Part shown: positions 1 to 8,540 of the stretch, piece by piece
Position numbering within the stretch: position 1 is the first letter of the stretch
Layout of the letters: each line of letters opens with the position of its first letter
Assembly (NCBI GenBank): GCA_018830005.1
Contig: JAHJTE010000002.1
Coordinates: 203,809-267,808, forward strand
Reading direction: 5' to 3'
DNA: 64,000 bases
From: Candidatus Omnitrophota bacterium
Lineage (GTDB): Bacteria > Omnitrophota > Gorgyraeia > JAHJTE01
Translations under genes and position numbers: made by a program
Notes under the pieces: model-generated
Told to the model about the DNA's origin: nothing
What the model saw: the letters and a program-made list of their open reading frames with translations, nothing else
Database searches by the model: none

Positions 1-597
1 ACCAATTCCATCCTCTAGAATAACTGCCTTCTTTATGTCTTTGATTTTGATAATATCGCGAACGATCTTTATCTCTAGAATTCTGCTTTCTGATTCACGC
101 AAGATTGTCAGTGCGACCTCTGTTCCAGGTTTACCGCGCAGTTTCTTTACTGCTTCCGAAAGTGTAATGTTACGAGTAAGCTCGCCTTCAATCTTGACAA
201 TTCTATCCCCTGCCATAATACCCGCCTTCCAGGCCGGAGTATCTTCAATAGGAGTAATAATTGTCAGTAGGTTATCTTTAATTGTTATTTCAATTCCTAA
301 ACCGCCAAATTGCCCCTCGGTCTCAACCTTTAATTCTTTAAATTCATCTGGATCAAGAAACTGACTGTGCGGATCTAGGGAGGTAAGCATGCCTTTTAAA
401 GCACCATAAATAAGATCATGAGTTGTTACATCCTCAACATAACCATTGTGAATAATACTTAAAGCACCAGAGAATAATTCCAACTGCGGATATATATTCT
501 CTTTCTTCAACTGTTCTGCGCTCAACATATATATCCCGCCTAAAACCAAACCTAAAGTAACTACGCTAATAATACCTATCGATATCCGTCTACGCAT
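1..597 (-). CDS. ctp: C-terminal processing (tail-specific) peptidase, S41 family; 5' portion only, gene runs off the window start
   Basis: Manual minus-strand translation from the ATG at 597..595: MRRRISIGIISVVTLGLVLGG (N-terminal TM/signal), then a PDZ-like core FGGLGIEI...PIEDTPAWKAGIMAGDRIVKIEG...LRGKPGTEVALTI. The frame is open to position 1 (199 codons). It is absent from the ORF track because it is edge-truncated. Confidence 0.7.
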   Translation of the reverse strand, partial: MRRRISIGIISVVTLGLVLGGIYMLSAEQLKKENIYPQLELFSGALSIIHNGYVEDVTTHDLIYGALKGMLTSLDPHSQFLDPDEFKELKVETEGQFGGLGIEITIKDNLLTIITPIEDTPAWKAGIMAGDRIVKIEGELTRNITLSEAVKKLRGKPGTEVALTILRESESRILEIKIVRDIIKIKDIKKAVILEDGIG

Positions 598-2029
598 CTT
601 TTTTATCCTCCTTTAACTTTCTTTCCAAAAGTTCCTTCACCTTCTTAGGGTTTGCCTTTCCTTTACTTTTTCTCATTACCTGACCGACTAAAAACATCAA
701 GGCCTTGACCTTGCCTGAAAGAAAATTTTCAACTGACTCCTTGTTTTCGAGGATTACCTCTTGCGCCAATTTTATAAGGCTGGCCTCATCAGAAACCTGA
801 ACAAGATCTTCCTCATTGATAACCTCATCCGGGCCTTTTTTCCTATCTATCATTAATGTCAATACAGATTTTGCAGTGAGGTTACTAAGTGCATCAGTCT
901 TTAGAAGCTTAATCAGTTTTATGAAATCCTCTGGCTTAATGAAAAGTTCGGATATAGTCTTATTCCTCTGGTTAATCTCATATAACAGAGGACCTCTAAT
1001 CCAGTTTAGTATAGATTTTGAATCCTTAAATAATTTATTGCAATCTTCAAAAAACTCTACCATGTCTTGTTCTGTCACTAAAAATTGCGCTTCTTCTTCA
1101 GAGAGTTTATACGCCTGCCTTATTCTCTTGGTCTTCTCTCTTGGTAACTCTGGCAGGCTACTTCTAATTTCCTTAAGAGACTTCTTTTCAATGGCAAAAG
1201 GAACAAGGTCTGGTTCGGGAAAATATCGATAATCACTTGCCTCTTCCTTGCTGCGCATTGGAATGGTTGTTCTTTTCTCCTCATCCCAGAGAAGGGTCTC
1301 CTGAATTACGGACTTACCTTCATCAAGAAGCCTGCCTTGTCTTTTTACCTCTACCTCTAAGGCAGCCTTCACTGCTTTAAAAGAATTCATATTTTTTAAT
1401 TCTGTCTTGGTTCCTAGGACTTCTTCGCCTTTAACGCGTAAAGAGATATTGGCATCACAACGCAAAGAGCCCTTTTCCATATCACAGTCTGAAACAGCCA
1501 AATATTTAAGCAAGGTCTTTAAGGTGACTAAATACTTGTAGGCTTCATCAGGAGAGCTGATATCAGGTTCAGTCACAATTTCCAAAAGAGGTATGCCGGT
1601 TCGGTTATAATCGATAAGACTATATTCCTTTTCATGAATTAATTTTCCGGCATCTTCTTCAATGTGTACGCGCCGTATTCGTATGCGCTTATCTTTATTC
1701 TCGCTATTTATCAGAATATGACCTTCATAAGAAAGTGGCATATCGTATTGAGAAATCTGATAATTTTTTGGCAGGTCAGGATAATAATAATTCTTTCTAT
1801 CAAATTTAACCTGATCGCCAATAGTGCAGTCCAAGGCCAAGGCCACCTTGACCGCATATTCAATTGCCTTTCTATTAATAACAGGCAGGCTCCCCGGTAA
1901 ACCAAGGCAGACAGGACAGACTTTACTATTAGCCTCTGCAGCGAACTTTACCTGACAGGAACAAAATAACTTAGTCTCAGTTGCAAGTTGCAAATGAACT
2001 TCTAATCCTATGACTGGTTCTAATTCCAT
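590..2029 (-). CDS. gatB: Asp-tRNA(Asn)/Glu-tRNA(Gln) amidotransferase subunit B
   Basis: The ORF 590..2197 contains MELEPVIGLEVHLQL...CSC... (GatB N-terminus) starting at Met57. The upstream 56 codons overlap gatA and are rejected. The chosen ATG at 2029 lies 4 nt after the gatA stop. Confidence 0.9.
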   Translation of the reverse strand: MELEPVIGLEVHLQLATETKLFCSCQVKFAAEANSKVCPVCLGLPGSLPVINRKAIEYAVKVALALDCTIGDQVKFDRKNYYYPDLPKNYQISQYDMPLSYEGHILINSENKDKRIRIRRVHIEEDAGKLIHEKEYSLIDYNRTGIPLLEIVTEPDISSPDEAYKYLVTLKTLLKYLAVSDCDMEKGSLRCDANISLRVKGEEVLGTKTELKNMNSFKAVKAALEVEVKRQGRLLDEGKSVIQETLLWDEEKRTTIPMRSKEEASDYRYFPEPDLVPFAIEKKSLKEIRSSLPELPREKTKRIRQAYKLSEEEAQFLVTEQDMVEFFEDCNKLFKDSKSILNWIRGPLLYEINQRNKTISELFIKPEDFIKLIKLLKTDALSNLTAKSVLTLMIDRKKGPDEVINEEDLVQVSDEASLIKLAQEVILENKESVENFLSGKVKALMFLVGQVMRKSKGKANPKKVKELLERKLKEDKKDA

Positions 2030-2033
2030 TTTA

Positions 2034-3503
2034 TTAAATATTCGGCCTCTTTTTATGCCAAGGGGTATTCTGTTCATAAGTATAGGCTGTGCGCAAAATC
2101 TTACCTTCCTCAAATGGCGCTCCCATAATTTGTAATCCAATCGGTAGATTCCCTGAATCAAAACCACAAGGCAAAGAGATAGCTGGCACGCCTGCAAGAT
2201 TAGCAGATATTGTATAGATATCAGATAAATACATCTTCAACGGATCATCTATCCTCTCACCTATTTTAAATGCTGTCGTGGGACTAGTAGGAGCAATTAT
2301 GCAATCACAAGTTTTAAGGGCATTATGGATCTCATCCCTAATAATCGTTCTCACTTTCTGAGCCCTTAAATAATAGGCATCATAATATCCGCTAGACAGT
2401 ACAAATGTACCCAACATAATCCTGCGCTTGGCCTCGTTCCCAAAGCCTTCACTGCGAGTGCGTTTATACATATCTATGATTTGAGACTTAACAGCAGAAG
2501 AGTTATTGCTTCTATGGCCATATTGAACTCCGTCAAACCTGGCCAGATTAGAACTTGCTTCTGCAGTTGCTACTATATAATACACACTTACTGCATATTT
2601 TGTATGGGCAAGTGAAATATCAAAGACCTTTGCACCTAAGCCTTCAAATGTCTCTTTTGCCTGCTCGATAGCTTTCTTTACTTCAGGCGCAATTCCATCT
2701 GAGCCAGCAAAATACTCCTTGGGTATTCCAATCTTTAAACCTCTGATATCGTTAACAAGAAACTTGCTATAATCAGGTACTTCTACATCTACACTTGTAG
2801 AATCCTTATCATCATAACCAGAGATTACAGACAAAAGTAGAGCTAGATCACTCACATCCCTTGCAAAAGGACCAATCTGATCAAGGCTTGAACCAAAGGC
2901 AACTAGGCCATAACGAGACACCCTGCCATATGTAGGCTTCATACCCACGACGCCGCAAAAACTAGCAGGTTGACGGATCGAACCGCCTGTATCAGAACCC
3001 AAGGCCAAAGGTACTTGGCCACTTGCAACCGCTGCTGCTGAGCCGCCGCTTGAGCCTCCACTTACGCATTCCAGATCCCAAGGATTCCTTGTCAGGCCAA
3101 AACAAGAATTCTCTGTAGATGAACCAAAGGCAAATTCATCCATATTGGTCTTGGCTATTATTATTGCTCCTTCTTTTTTAAGTTTTTCAATAACCGTGGC
3201 ATTATAAGGAGGAAAGAAGCCTTTCAGTATTTTAGAACAACAGGTTGTCTCTATGCCTTTAATACAGATGTTATCTTTTACTGCAACAGGTATGCCGCTA
3301 AGCCTGCCTGTTTCATTCTCCTGTTGCGGCTTATCAATAACCTTAACAAAGGCCTTAACCTTAGGGTCAACCTGTTTTATTCTTTTTGAGAAACATGACA
3401 GAACATTAGAGCTATTAGTCTGGCCTCTCTCGTATGCTGATAATAGCCCGCTGGCCGTCAACTCATACAACTTTTCTTTTTCAAGGGGATCTTTAGAATC
3501 CAT
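2034..3503 (-). CDS. gatA: Glu-tRNA(Gln) amidotransferase subunit A (amidase signature family)
   Basis: 489 aa; GGSSGGSAAAVA amidase signature; KDNICIKG; in a gatC-A-B arrangement. Confidence 0.92.
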   Translation of the reverse strand: MDSKDPLEKEKLYELTASGLLSAYERGQTNSSNVLSCFSKRIKQVDPKVKAFVKVIDKPQQENETGRLSGIPVAVKDNICIKGIETTCCSKILKGFFPPYNATVIEKLKKEGAIIIAKTNMDEFAFGSSTENSCFGLTRNPWDLECVSGGSSGGSAAAVASGQVPLALGSDTGGSIRQPASFCGVVGMKPTYGRVSRYGLVAFGSSLDQIGPFARDVSDLALLLSVISGYDDKDSTSVDVEVPDYSKFLVNDIRGLKIGIPKEYFAGSDGIAPEVKKAIEQAKETFEGLGAKVFDISLAHTKYAVSVYYIVATAEASSNLARFDGVQYGHRSNNSSAVKSQIIDMYKRTRSEGFGNEAKRRIMLGTFVLSSGYYDAYYLRAQKVRTIIRDEIHNALKTCDCIIAPTSPTTAFKIGERIDDPLKMYLSDIYTISANLAGVPAISLPCGFDSGNLPIGLQIMGAPFEEGKILRTAYTYEQNTPWHKKRPNI

Positions 3504-3519
3504 GACTTATTGAACTAAT

Positions 3520-3819
3520 TTAAAAATTCTCGATCTCTTCAATAATCTTTGGTACGCGAAAGAATTTATCCTTTCTGTCAGGACAATGTTTTAAAACTTC
3601 ATCGATTTCAATCGAGGGCTTCACAACATCTTGCCTGAAAACATTAGAAAGACACATAACATGAGAGGTAGGCTTAATCCTTTCAACATCTACCTCTTTC
3701 AATTGTTGAATATAGTCTAATATAGAGTCAAGTTCACGGCCGTATTTTTCAAGGTCGCTATCTGAAAACTCTATCCTAGCCAGATCGCCTAAATGTCGTA
3801 ACTCTTTCTTTAAAAACAA
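3520..3819 (-). CDS. gatC: Glu-tRNA(Gln) amidotransferase subunit C
   Basis: 99 aa, immediately upstream of gatA. The first codon is TTG, preceded by AAGAGAGG 4 nt upstream. No in-frame ATG is available. Confidence 0.8.
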   Translation of the reverse strand: MFLKKELRHLGDLARIEFSDSDLEKYGRELDSILDYIQQLKEVDVERIKPTSHVMCLSNVFRQDVVKPSIEIDEVLKHCPDRKDKFFRVPKIIEEIENF

Positions 3820-3890
3820 ATTAGCCTCTCTTTCTTAATGTTTTTATGATAACAGAAATAAACTAAAAAGTAAACCCCGCTTATCGCTCT

Positions 3891-4682
3891 CTATCTGTCC
3901 AAGGCCTTACTTAAGCTTATAAATCCCTCTAAACTTACTGCCTCAGGTCTTGTTTTGGCCTCAATGCCACAAGATTGCAAGGAGAGCATAATTCTATCTG
4001 CGCCATATTCCTTTTTCAATGTATTAAATAAAGTCTTTCGGCGCTGATTGAAGGCAATTCTTATAATTCTAAAAAGCAATCGAGTGTTGACGCCTTCAAA
4101 CTCCTTAGACTCACGCGGCAGGAGCCTCAAGAATGAAGCATCTACCTTAGGCACAGGCCAAAAACATGTTCTCTTTATTTTAAAAAGCACTTCCGGTCTT
4201 GAGAAAAAATGTACAAAAAGACTAAAGGCACTTGAATTTCGCCTGCCACTCGGACACATTAACCTCTCTGCCAATTCCTTTTGTATGGTAAGGAAAAAAA
4301 ACTTGATTCTTTCTGACTCAGGCAAGAATCTTGCAATAATCTGACTGGATATGCAAAATGGCAAATTTCCTATTAAAGTAACTTTAGTCTTAAGATGTAA
4401 ATCTCCTAAATTGAACTTTAGGATGTCAGCATTGACCAGACGAAAATTTGCTCTCGTTGCGAATTTTTCCCTTAAGATAGGATCAAATCTCTTATCTATC
4501 TCAACAGCTGTTACGTCAGCGCCAGTATCAAGTAATTTTTCAGTCAAAAGACCAGTGCCAGGACCTATCTCAATAACCTTATCAGACTTATTAATCAAAG
4601 ATGCAGAAACTATCTTAGATACAATGTTATTATCAATAAGGAAATTCTGACCTAGGGATTTTTTTGGACGAATCTTTTGCAT
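3891..4682 (-). CDS. rsmA: 16S rRNA (adenine1518/1519-N6)-dimethyltransferase
   Basis: MQKIRPKKSLGQNFL...IEIGPGTGLLT SAM-binding motif; 263 aa. Confidence 0.9.
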   Translation of the reverse strand: MQKIRPKKSLGQNFLIDNNIVSKIVSASLINKSDKVIEIGPGTGLLTEKLLDTGADVTAVEIDKRFDPILREKFATRANFRLVNADILKFNLGDLHLKTKVTLIGNLPFCISSQIIARFLPESERIKFFFLTIQKELAERLMCPSGRRNSSAFSLFVHFFSRPEVLFKIKRTCFWPVPKVDASFLRLLPRESKEFEGVNTRLLFRIIRIAFNQRRKTLFNTLKKEYGADRIMLSLQSCGIEAKTRPEAVSLEGFISLSKALDR

Positions 4683-5622
4683 TAGCTACCAATCTCAATG
4701 TCAACCTAATAGCATCTAGCAGGGAATTAGGATTTGCCTTATCTTTGCCGGCAATATCAAATGCCGTACCATGTAAGGGTGATGTCCTGACAAAAGAAAG
4801 TCCCAGCGTTAGATTTATGCCTGTTTCCTGATACAAAAGCTTCAAAGGAAGCATTGCCTGATCATGATAAAAACAAATAGCAGCGTCTAGCTGGCCCTCT
4901 CGCATTTTTAAAACAATGCCTTCTAAAAGATGTGGGCCAAATACCTTGATATTTTTTAATATTTTTTGGGATTTTAAAATTGCGGGCTTAATGAAATCTA
5001 TCTCTTCTCTACCTAACAACCCTGCCTCACCCAGGTGAGGATTAAGGCCGCATATTCCAATTTTGGGCATCTTTATCTTAAAAAATCTTTCTAATTCTAA
5101 GGCCGTCAAACAAATTGTCTTGTAGATATTTTCTATGCTTAATCTTTTACTTACCTCTTTAAGCGGAATATGCGTTGTGCAAAGACTAAATCTTAATTTC
5201 GAAGCCAAAAGCATCATCCTTACAATCTTGGCGCTATCAAGTCCTCCTAGATACTCTGTCTGGCCATAGAAATCATCCCTTACTAAGTTGATTGACCTTT
5301 TACTGACAGGGCAAGTTACAATACCGTAAATCTCACCTGCCTTTATGAGTCGATGCGCCTTATCTAGATACTCTAAAGATGCCTTAGCGCAGTCTAAATT
5401 TGTCTTACCGAAAGAGAAGTTCCTCTTCTTAACATTGTCCAGATCCACCAGATCATATTTAATTTTATTTAAATTCAGACCAACCTTCTCTAAAACAAAA
5501 CGGCTGCCAATAATAAGCAGTAATTGCCGCTCCTGCTTAGACAGCCTGCTTAATGCCTTTAAGATAATCTCCGCACCTATACCTGCAGGATCTCCTAAGG
5601 TTAGGCCGATTCTTCTTTCCAT
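4633..5622 (-). CDS. pdxA: 4-hydroxythreonine-4-phosphate dehydrogenase
   Basis: 329 aa; GDPAGIGAEI N-terminus; its 3' end overlaps the rsmA start by 50 nt. Confidence 0.88.
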   Translation of the reverse strand: MERRIGLTLGDPAGIGAEIILKALSRLSKQERQLLLIIGSRFVLEKVGLNLNKIKYDLVDLDNVKKRNFSFGKTNLDCAKASLEYLDKAHRLIKAGEIYGIVTCPVSKRSINLVRDDFYGQTEYLGGLDSAKIVRMMLLASKLRFSLCTTHIPLKEVSKRLSIENIYKTICLTALELERFFKIKMPKIGICGLNPHLGEAGLLGREEIDFIKPAILKSQKILKNIKVFGPHLLEGIVLKMREGQLDAAICFYHDQAMLPLKLLYQETGINLTLGLSFVRTSPLHGTAFDIAGKDKANPNSLLDAIRLTLRLVANAKDSSKKIPRSEFPY

Positions 5623-5649
5623 GTTTTATCAAGGCAAGGAATGAGGCCT

Positions 5650-6573
5650 TTATTTAATAACTATGTAAGCCTCATTTTTTAGTTTATCCAACCAAGACAT
5701 GAACTCAAGGTTGAATTTTTCATTAAATATAATCTTATATATTGAATCTTGCGCCTCAGGTAATGTTAGATCTTTTGGTGGTAAAAATTTTAAAATCTTA
5801 AAAATATAAAATCTGTTATTAAGCTCGATAACATCTGAAATCTCACCCGGTGAAAGCTTGAAAACATTAGCCTCCACCTTGGCATCTAACATACCCTTTC
5901 TTATTTCAAAAAGCGCCTGGTAATTCTCATGGCCAGAAAAAAGCAGATTGAAATTTTTACCATTTTTGATTTTCTGCAAAGAACGCTCTGCCTCGGATTT
6001 ATCTAGAAAAAAGACAAAGCTGACCTCTAGGCCTTGAAGTATTGCGAGTTTTTCAGGGTATTGCATATAAAAATCAGTTATCTCAGAAGGACTAACCTGA
6101 ATCTTTGACCTTATTTTTCGATCTACGATAGCTCGCATTAACTCCTGCTCTCTAAAATGCTTCTTGATGTCACTCAAAGACAAATTTTGAGAAAATAATG
6201 AGCTTTGAAAATCTGCCTCTGTTGGGAATGTCGACTTTATATCCTCAAGTCTATTTTCAATAACACGCTCAGAAACTTCTATTTTTTCCTTAACTGCCTC
6301 CTGCAAGATTAATTTATCTTCAATGATCTTCAACAACGCCTTATCCGCAATATAGGAAAGCTCTTTCTCTAACTCTTCACCCGAAAACCTAGAAGAAAGT
6401 TGGATATAGGAAAAATTAATGAAGTCTTGTACCTCACTTTGTGTAACTATCATATCGTTGACAACAGCAACTATCTTGTCGCCGTCTATCTCCTGCGATA
6501 GACAAAATATACTCGACGCTAAAAGGAGACAGGCAATGATTAAAAACTTCGCACAACTTCTAATATTAAACAT
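5650..6573 (-). CDS. SurA-family periplasmic chaperone/peptidyl-prolyl isomerase-like protein
   Basis: 307 aa; N-terminal signal/TM followed by a SurA_N-like region (IVAVVND..I). Positioned exactly as surA in the E. coli surA-pdxA-ksgA order. Confidence 0.55.
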   Translation of the reverse strand: MFNIRSCAKFLIIACLLLASSIFCLSQEIDGDKIVAVVNDMIVTQSEVQDFINFSYIQLSSRFSGEELEKELSYIADKALLKIIEDKLILQEAVKEKIEVSERVIENRLEDIKSTFPTEADFQSSLFSQNLSLSDIKKHFREQELMRAIVDRKIRSKIQVSPSEITDFYMQYPEKLAILQGLEVSFVFFLDKSEAERSLQKIKNGKNFNLLFSGHENYQALFEIRKGMLDAKVEANVFKLSPGEISDVIELNNRFYIFKILKFLPPKDLTLPEAQDSIYKIIFNEKFNLEFMSWLDKLKNEAYIVIK

Positions 6574-8524
6574 GGCTAATAGAAAGCTTTTTCCTGTTTT
6601 CTTCTTGGCCGTACAATCTACTTACAGCTGAACGTAGGAGACGAGCATAAAGATCAAAACCTACTGCCATAATATAACCGTGCTGTTCCTTTCCCAGGAG
6701 GTTACCCGCGCCTCTGATTTCCAGATCCTCAAGCGCTATACGAAACCCAGAGCCTAGCTGCGAATATTCTTCTATGGCCTTTAGGCGTTTTTTGGCATCT
6801 TCGTTTAAATCTGTAACACCTGATACAAGAAAATAGGCATATGCCTGTCTGTTGAACCTGCCTACCCTGCCGCGCAGCTGGTGTAAGTCAGAAAGGCCGA
6901 AATTTTCAGCATTATCCAGAATAAGTGTATTTGCATTAGGTATGTCTATCCCAGATTCAATAATCGTTGTTGATATAAGGCAATCTATTTTATGCTTTAG
7001 GAATAAAAGCGTTACCTGCTCTAGGTCACGCGAAGCCATCCTGCCGTGAGCCACACCAAGACGCACCTTTTCCTTTAAGATTGATTTTAATCTAAGATAT
7101 AGCTTTTGGATATCCTCAATACGGTTATGGACAAAATAAATCTGACCACCTCGTTTTACCTCTCTAGTTATTGCCTGAGTTATAATACGCTCATCATATT
7201 CAGCTACAGCAGTTTTTACAGCTAGTCTCATCTTAGGAGGTGTATTTATCGCAGATATATCTTTTAATCCTGTAAGCGACATATAAAGTGTGCGAGGAAT
7301 AGGTGTTGCTGTGAGAGTTAAAATATCAGCAAGTAACCTAATCCTTTTTAATTTTTCCTTTGCCCTTACTCCAAAACGCTGTTCTTCATCGATTATAATC
7401 AAACCTAGGTCCTTAAAATCAATATCGGAGCTGAGCATGCGGTGTGTACCAATCAATATATCAATCTTGCCTTTTTTGACAGATTCAATAATCTCAAGAT
7501 TCTCTTTTTTTGTATTGAATCGCGATATCATTGCCACATTGATCGGGAAATAAGAGTGCCTCTTGCTAAAATTGTAATAGTGCTGGGTGGCTAAAATAGT
7601 CGTTGGAACCAAAATAGCTACTTGCTTATTATCCATGACTGCCTTAAAGGCAGCACGCATCGCAACTTCAGTCTTTCCATAACCAACATCTCCACAGAGC
7701 AACCTATCCATAGGCCTATCAGATTCCATGTCCTTTTTTACATCATCTAGGGCCTTTCTCTGATCAGGTGTTTCAGTAAAAGAGAAACTGGCTTCAAACT
7801 CTCTCTGCCAATCAGTATCCTGAGAGAATCTAAAGCCACTTAAGGTAGATCGCGCAGCCTGTAGATTCAGCAAATCTAATGCTATGAACTTTACGGCCTT
7901 TTTGGTTCTCTCTTTGATCTTCTGCCAATCACCTGATCCAAGATTAGATAATTTAGGGCGAGCGCCTTCAAAGGCAACATAACGCGAAACAAGATGGATA
8001 TCTGCCATCGGAACATAAAGCATATCCCCTCTGGAATAACGGATAGCTAAATGATCTTTCAGTTTTCCTTCATGCTCTAACTTTTTTATCCCAACAAATT
8101 TTCCAATACCATAGTAGGTATGAACAACGTAATCATCAAAAGATAAATCAAGGAAATTATCAACAGGGACTTCTTCGCCTCCGCTTGCGATATATACGCT
8201 ATCTCCCCTTGCATTAGTAAGAGAACCCAAAGAGAAGTAAGACTTGCGCCTAAAGGCAAGTATAATAACCATTTGATGATCCCAGAGCATACGCTGACTT
8301 TGCACATCAAAACTTTTGATAGAGGCTATTTTGTCTATATCCAGCTCTATGCGCAGAGGGTATTCAAATGTAAAAGGAAAGATATCGATTATTGAGCCTC
8401 GATGACTAAAGTCTCCCTCCTCTTGAATCTTGGCTTGATGCGAATAGCCAAATTTCGAGAATTCATCCAGGAGTGCGCCTTTGGCAATCTCTTGATTAAG
8501 GTAGATCTTGAGTGTCTTAAACAT
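6566..8524 (-). CDS. mfd: Transcription-repair coupling factor, compact form (652 aa)
   Basis: LLCGDVGYGKTEVAMRAAF (Mfd Walker A); DEEQRFGV; LHQLRGRVGR TRG motif; an RNAP-interaction-domain-like segment YVPMADIHLVSRY; an N-terminal UvrB-homology fragment RGSIIDIFP...FDVQSQR. Confidence 0.8.
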   Translation of the reverse strand: MFKTLKIYLNQEIAKGALLDEFSKFGYSHQAKIQEEGDFSHRGSIIDIFPFTFEYPLRIELDIDKIASIKSFDVQSQRMLWDHQMVIILAFRRKSYFSLGSLTNARGDSVYIASGGEEVPVDNFLDLSFDDYVVHTYYGIGKFVGIKKLEHEGKLKDHLAIRYSRGDMLYVPMADIHLVSRYVAFEGARPKLSNLGSGDWQKIKERTKKAVKFIALDLLNLQAARSTLSGFRFSQDTDWQREFEASFSFTETPDQRKALDDVKKDMESDRPMDRLLCGDVGYGKTEVAMRAAFKAVMDNKQVAILVPTTILATQHYYNFSKRHSYFPINVAMISRFNTKKENLEIIESVKKGKIDILIGTHRMLSSDIDFKDLGLIIIDEEQRFGVRAKEKLKRIRLLADILTLTATPIPRTLYMSLTGLKDISAINTPPKMRLAVKTAVAEYDERIITQAITREVKRGGQIYFVHNRIEDIQKLYLRLKSILKEKVRLGVAHGRMASRDLEQVTLLFLKHKIDCLISTTIIESGIDIPNANTLILDNAENFGLSDLHQLRGRVGRFNRQAYAYFLVSGVTDLNEDAKKRLKAIEEYSQLGSGFRIALEDLEIRGAGNLLGKEQHGYIMAVGFDLYARLLRSAVSRLYGQEENRKKLSISHV

Positions 8525-8540
8525 ATTTCCTAAAAATTGA

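Noticed and set aside
2030-2197. N-terminal extensions of track ORFs: gatB (to 2197), recA (to 23028), htrA (to 21914), recX (to 20379), oppA (to 37988), etfB (to 29025).
   Set aside because: The extensions overlap the upstream gene, and the conserved protein N-terminus begins at an internal Met preceded by an SD or by ATGA coupling. Shorter starts were chosen. The oppA and etfB choices remain uncertain.
3820-3890. Candidate gatCAB promoter TTTACT-17-TATCAT in the rsmA-gatC spacer.
   Set aside because: Only 4/6 and 5/6 hexamer matches in an AT-rich spacer. This is too weak to report as a feature.
6566-8524. Mfd as a pseudogene or frameshifted fragment.
   Set aside because: There is no room for missing domains: 16 nt to the secDF stop upstream, and the 3' end overlaps the surA-like start. 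The ORF is intact from the translocase motifs to a stop, so it is treated as a genuinely compact Mfd.
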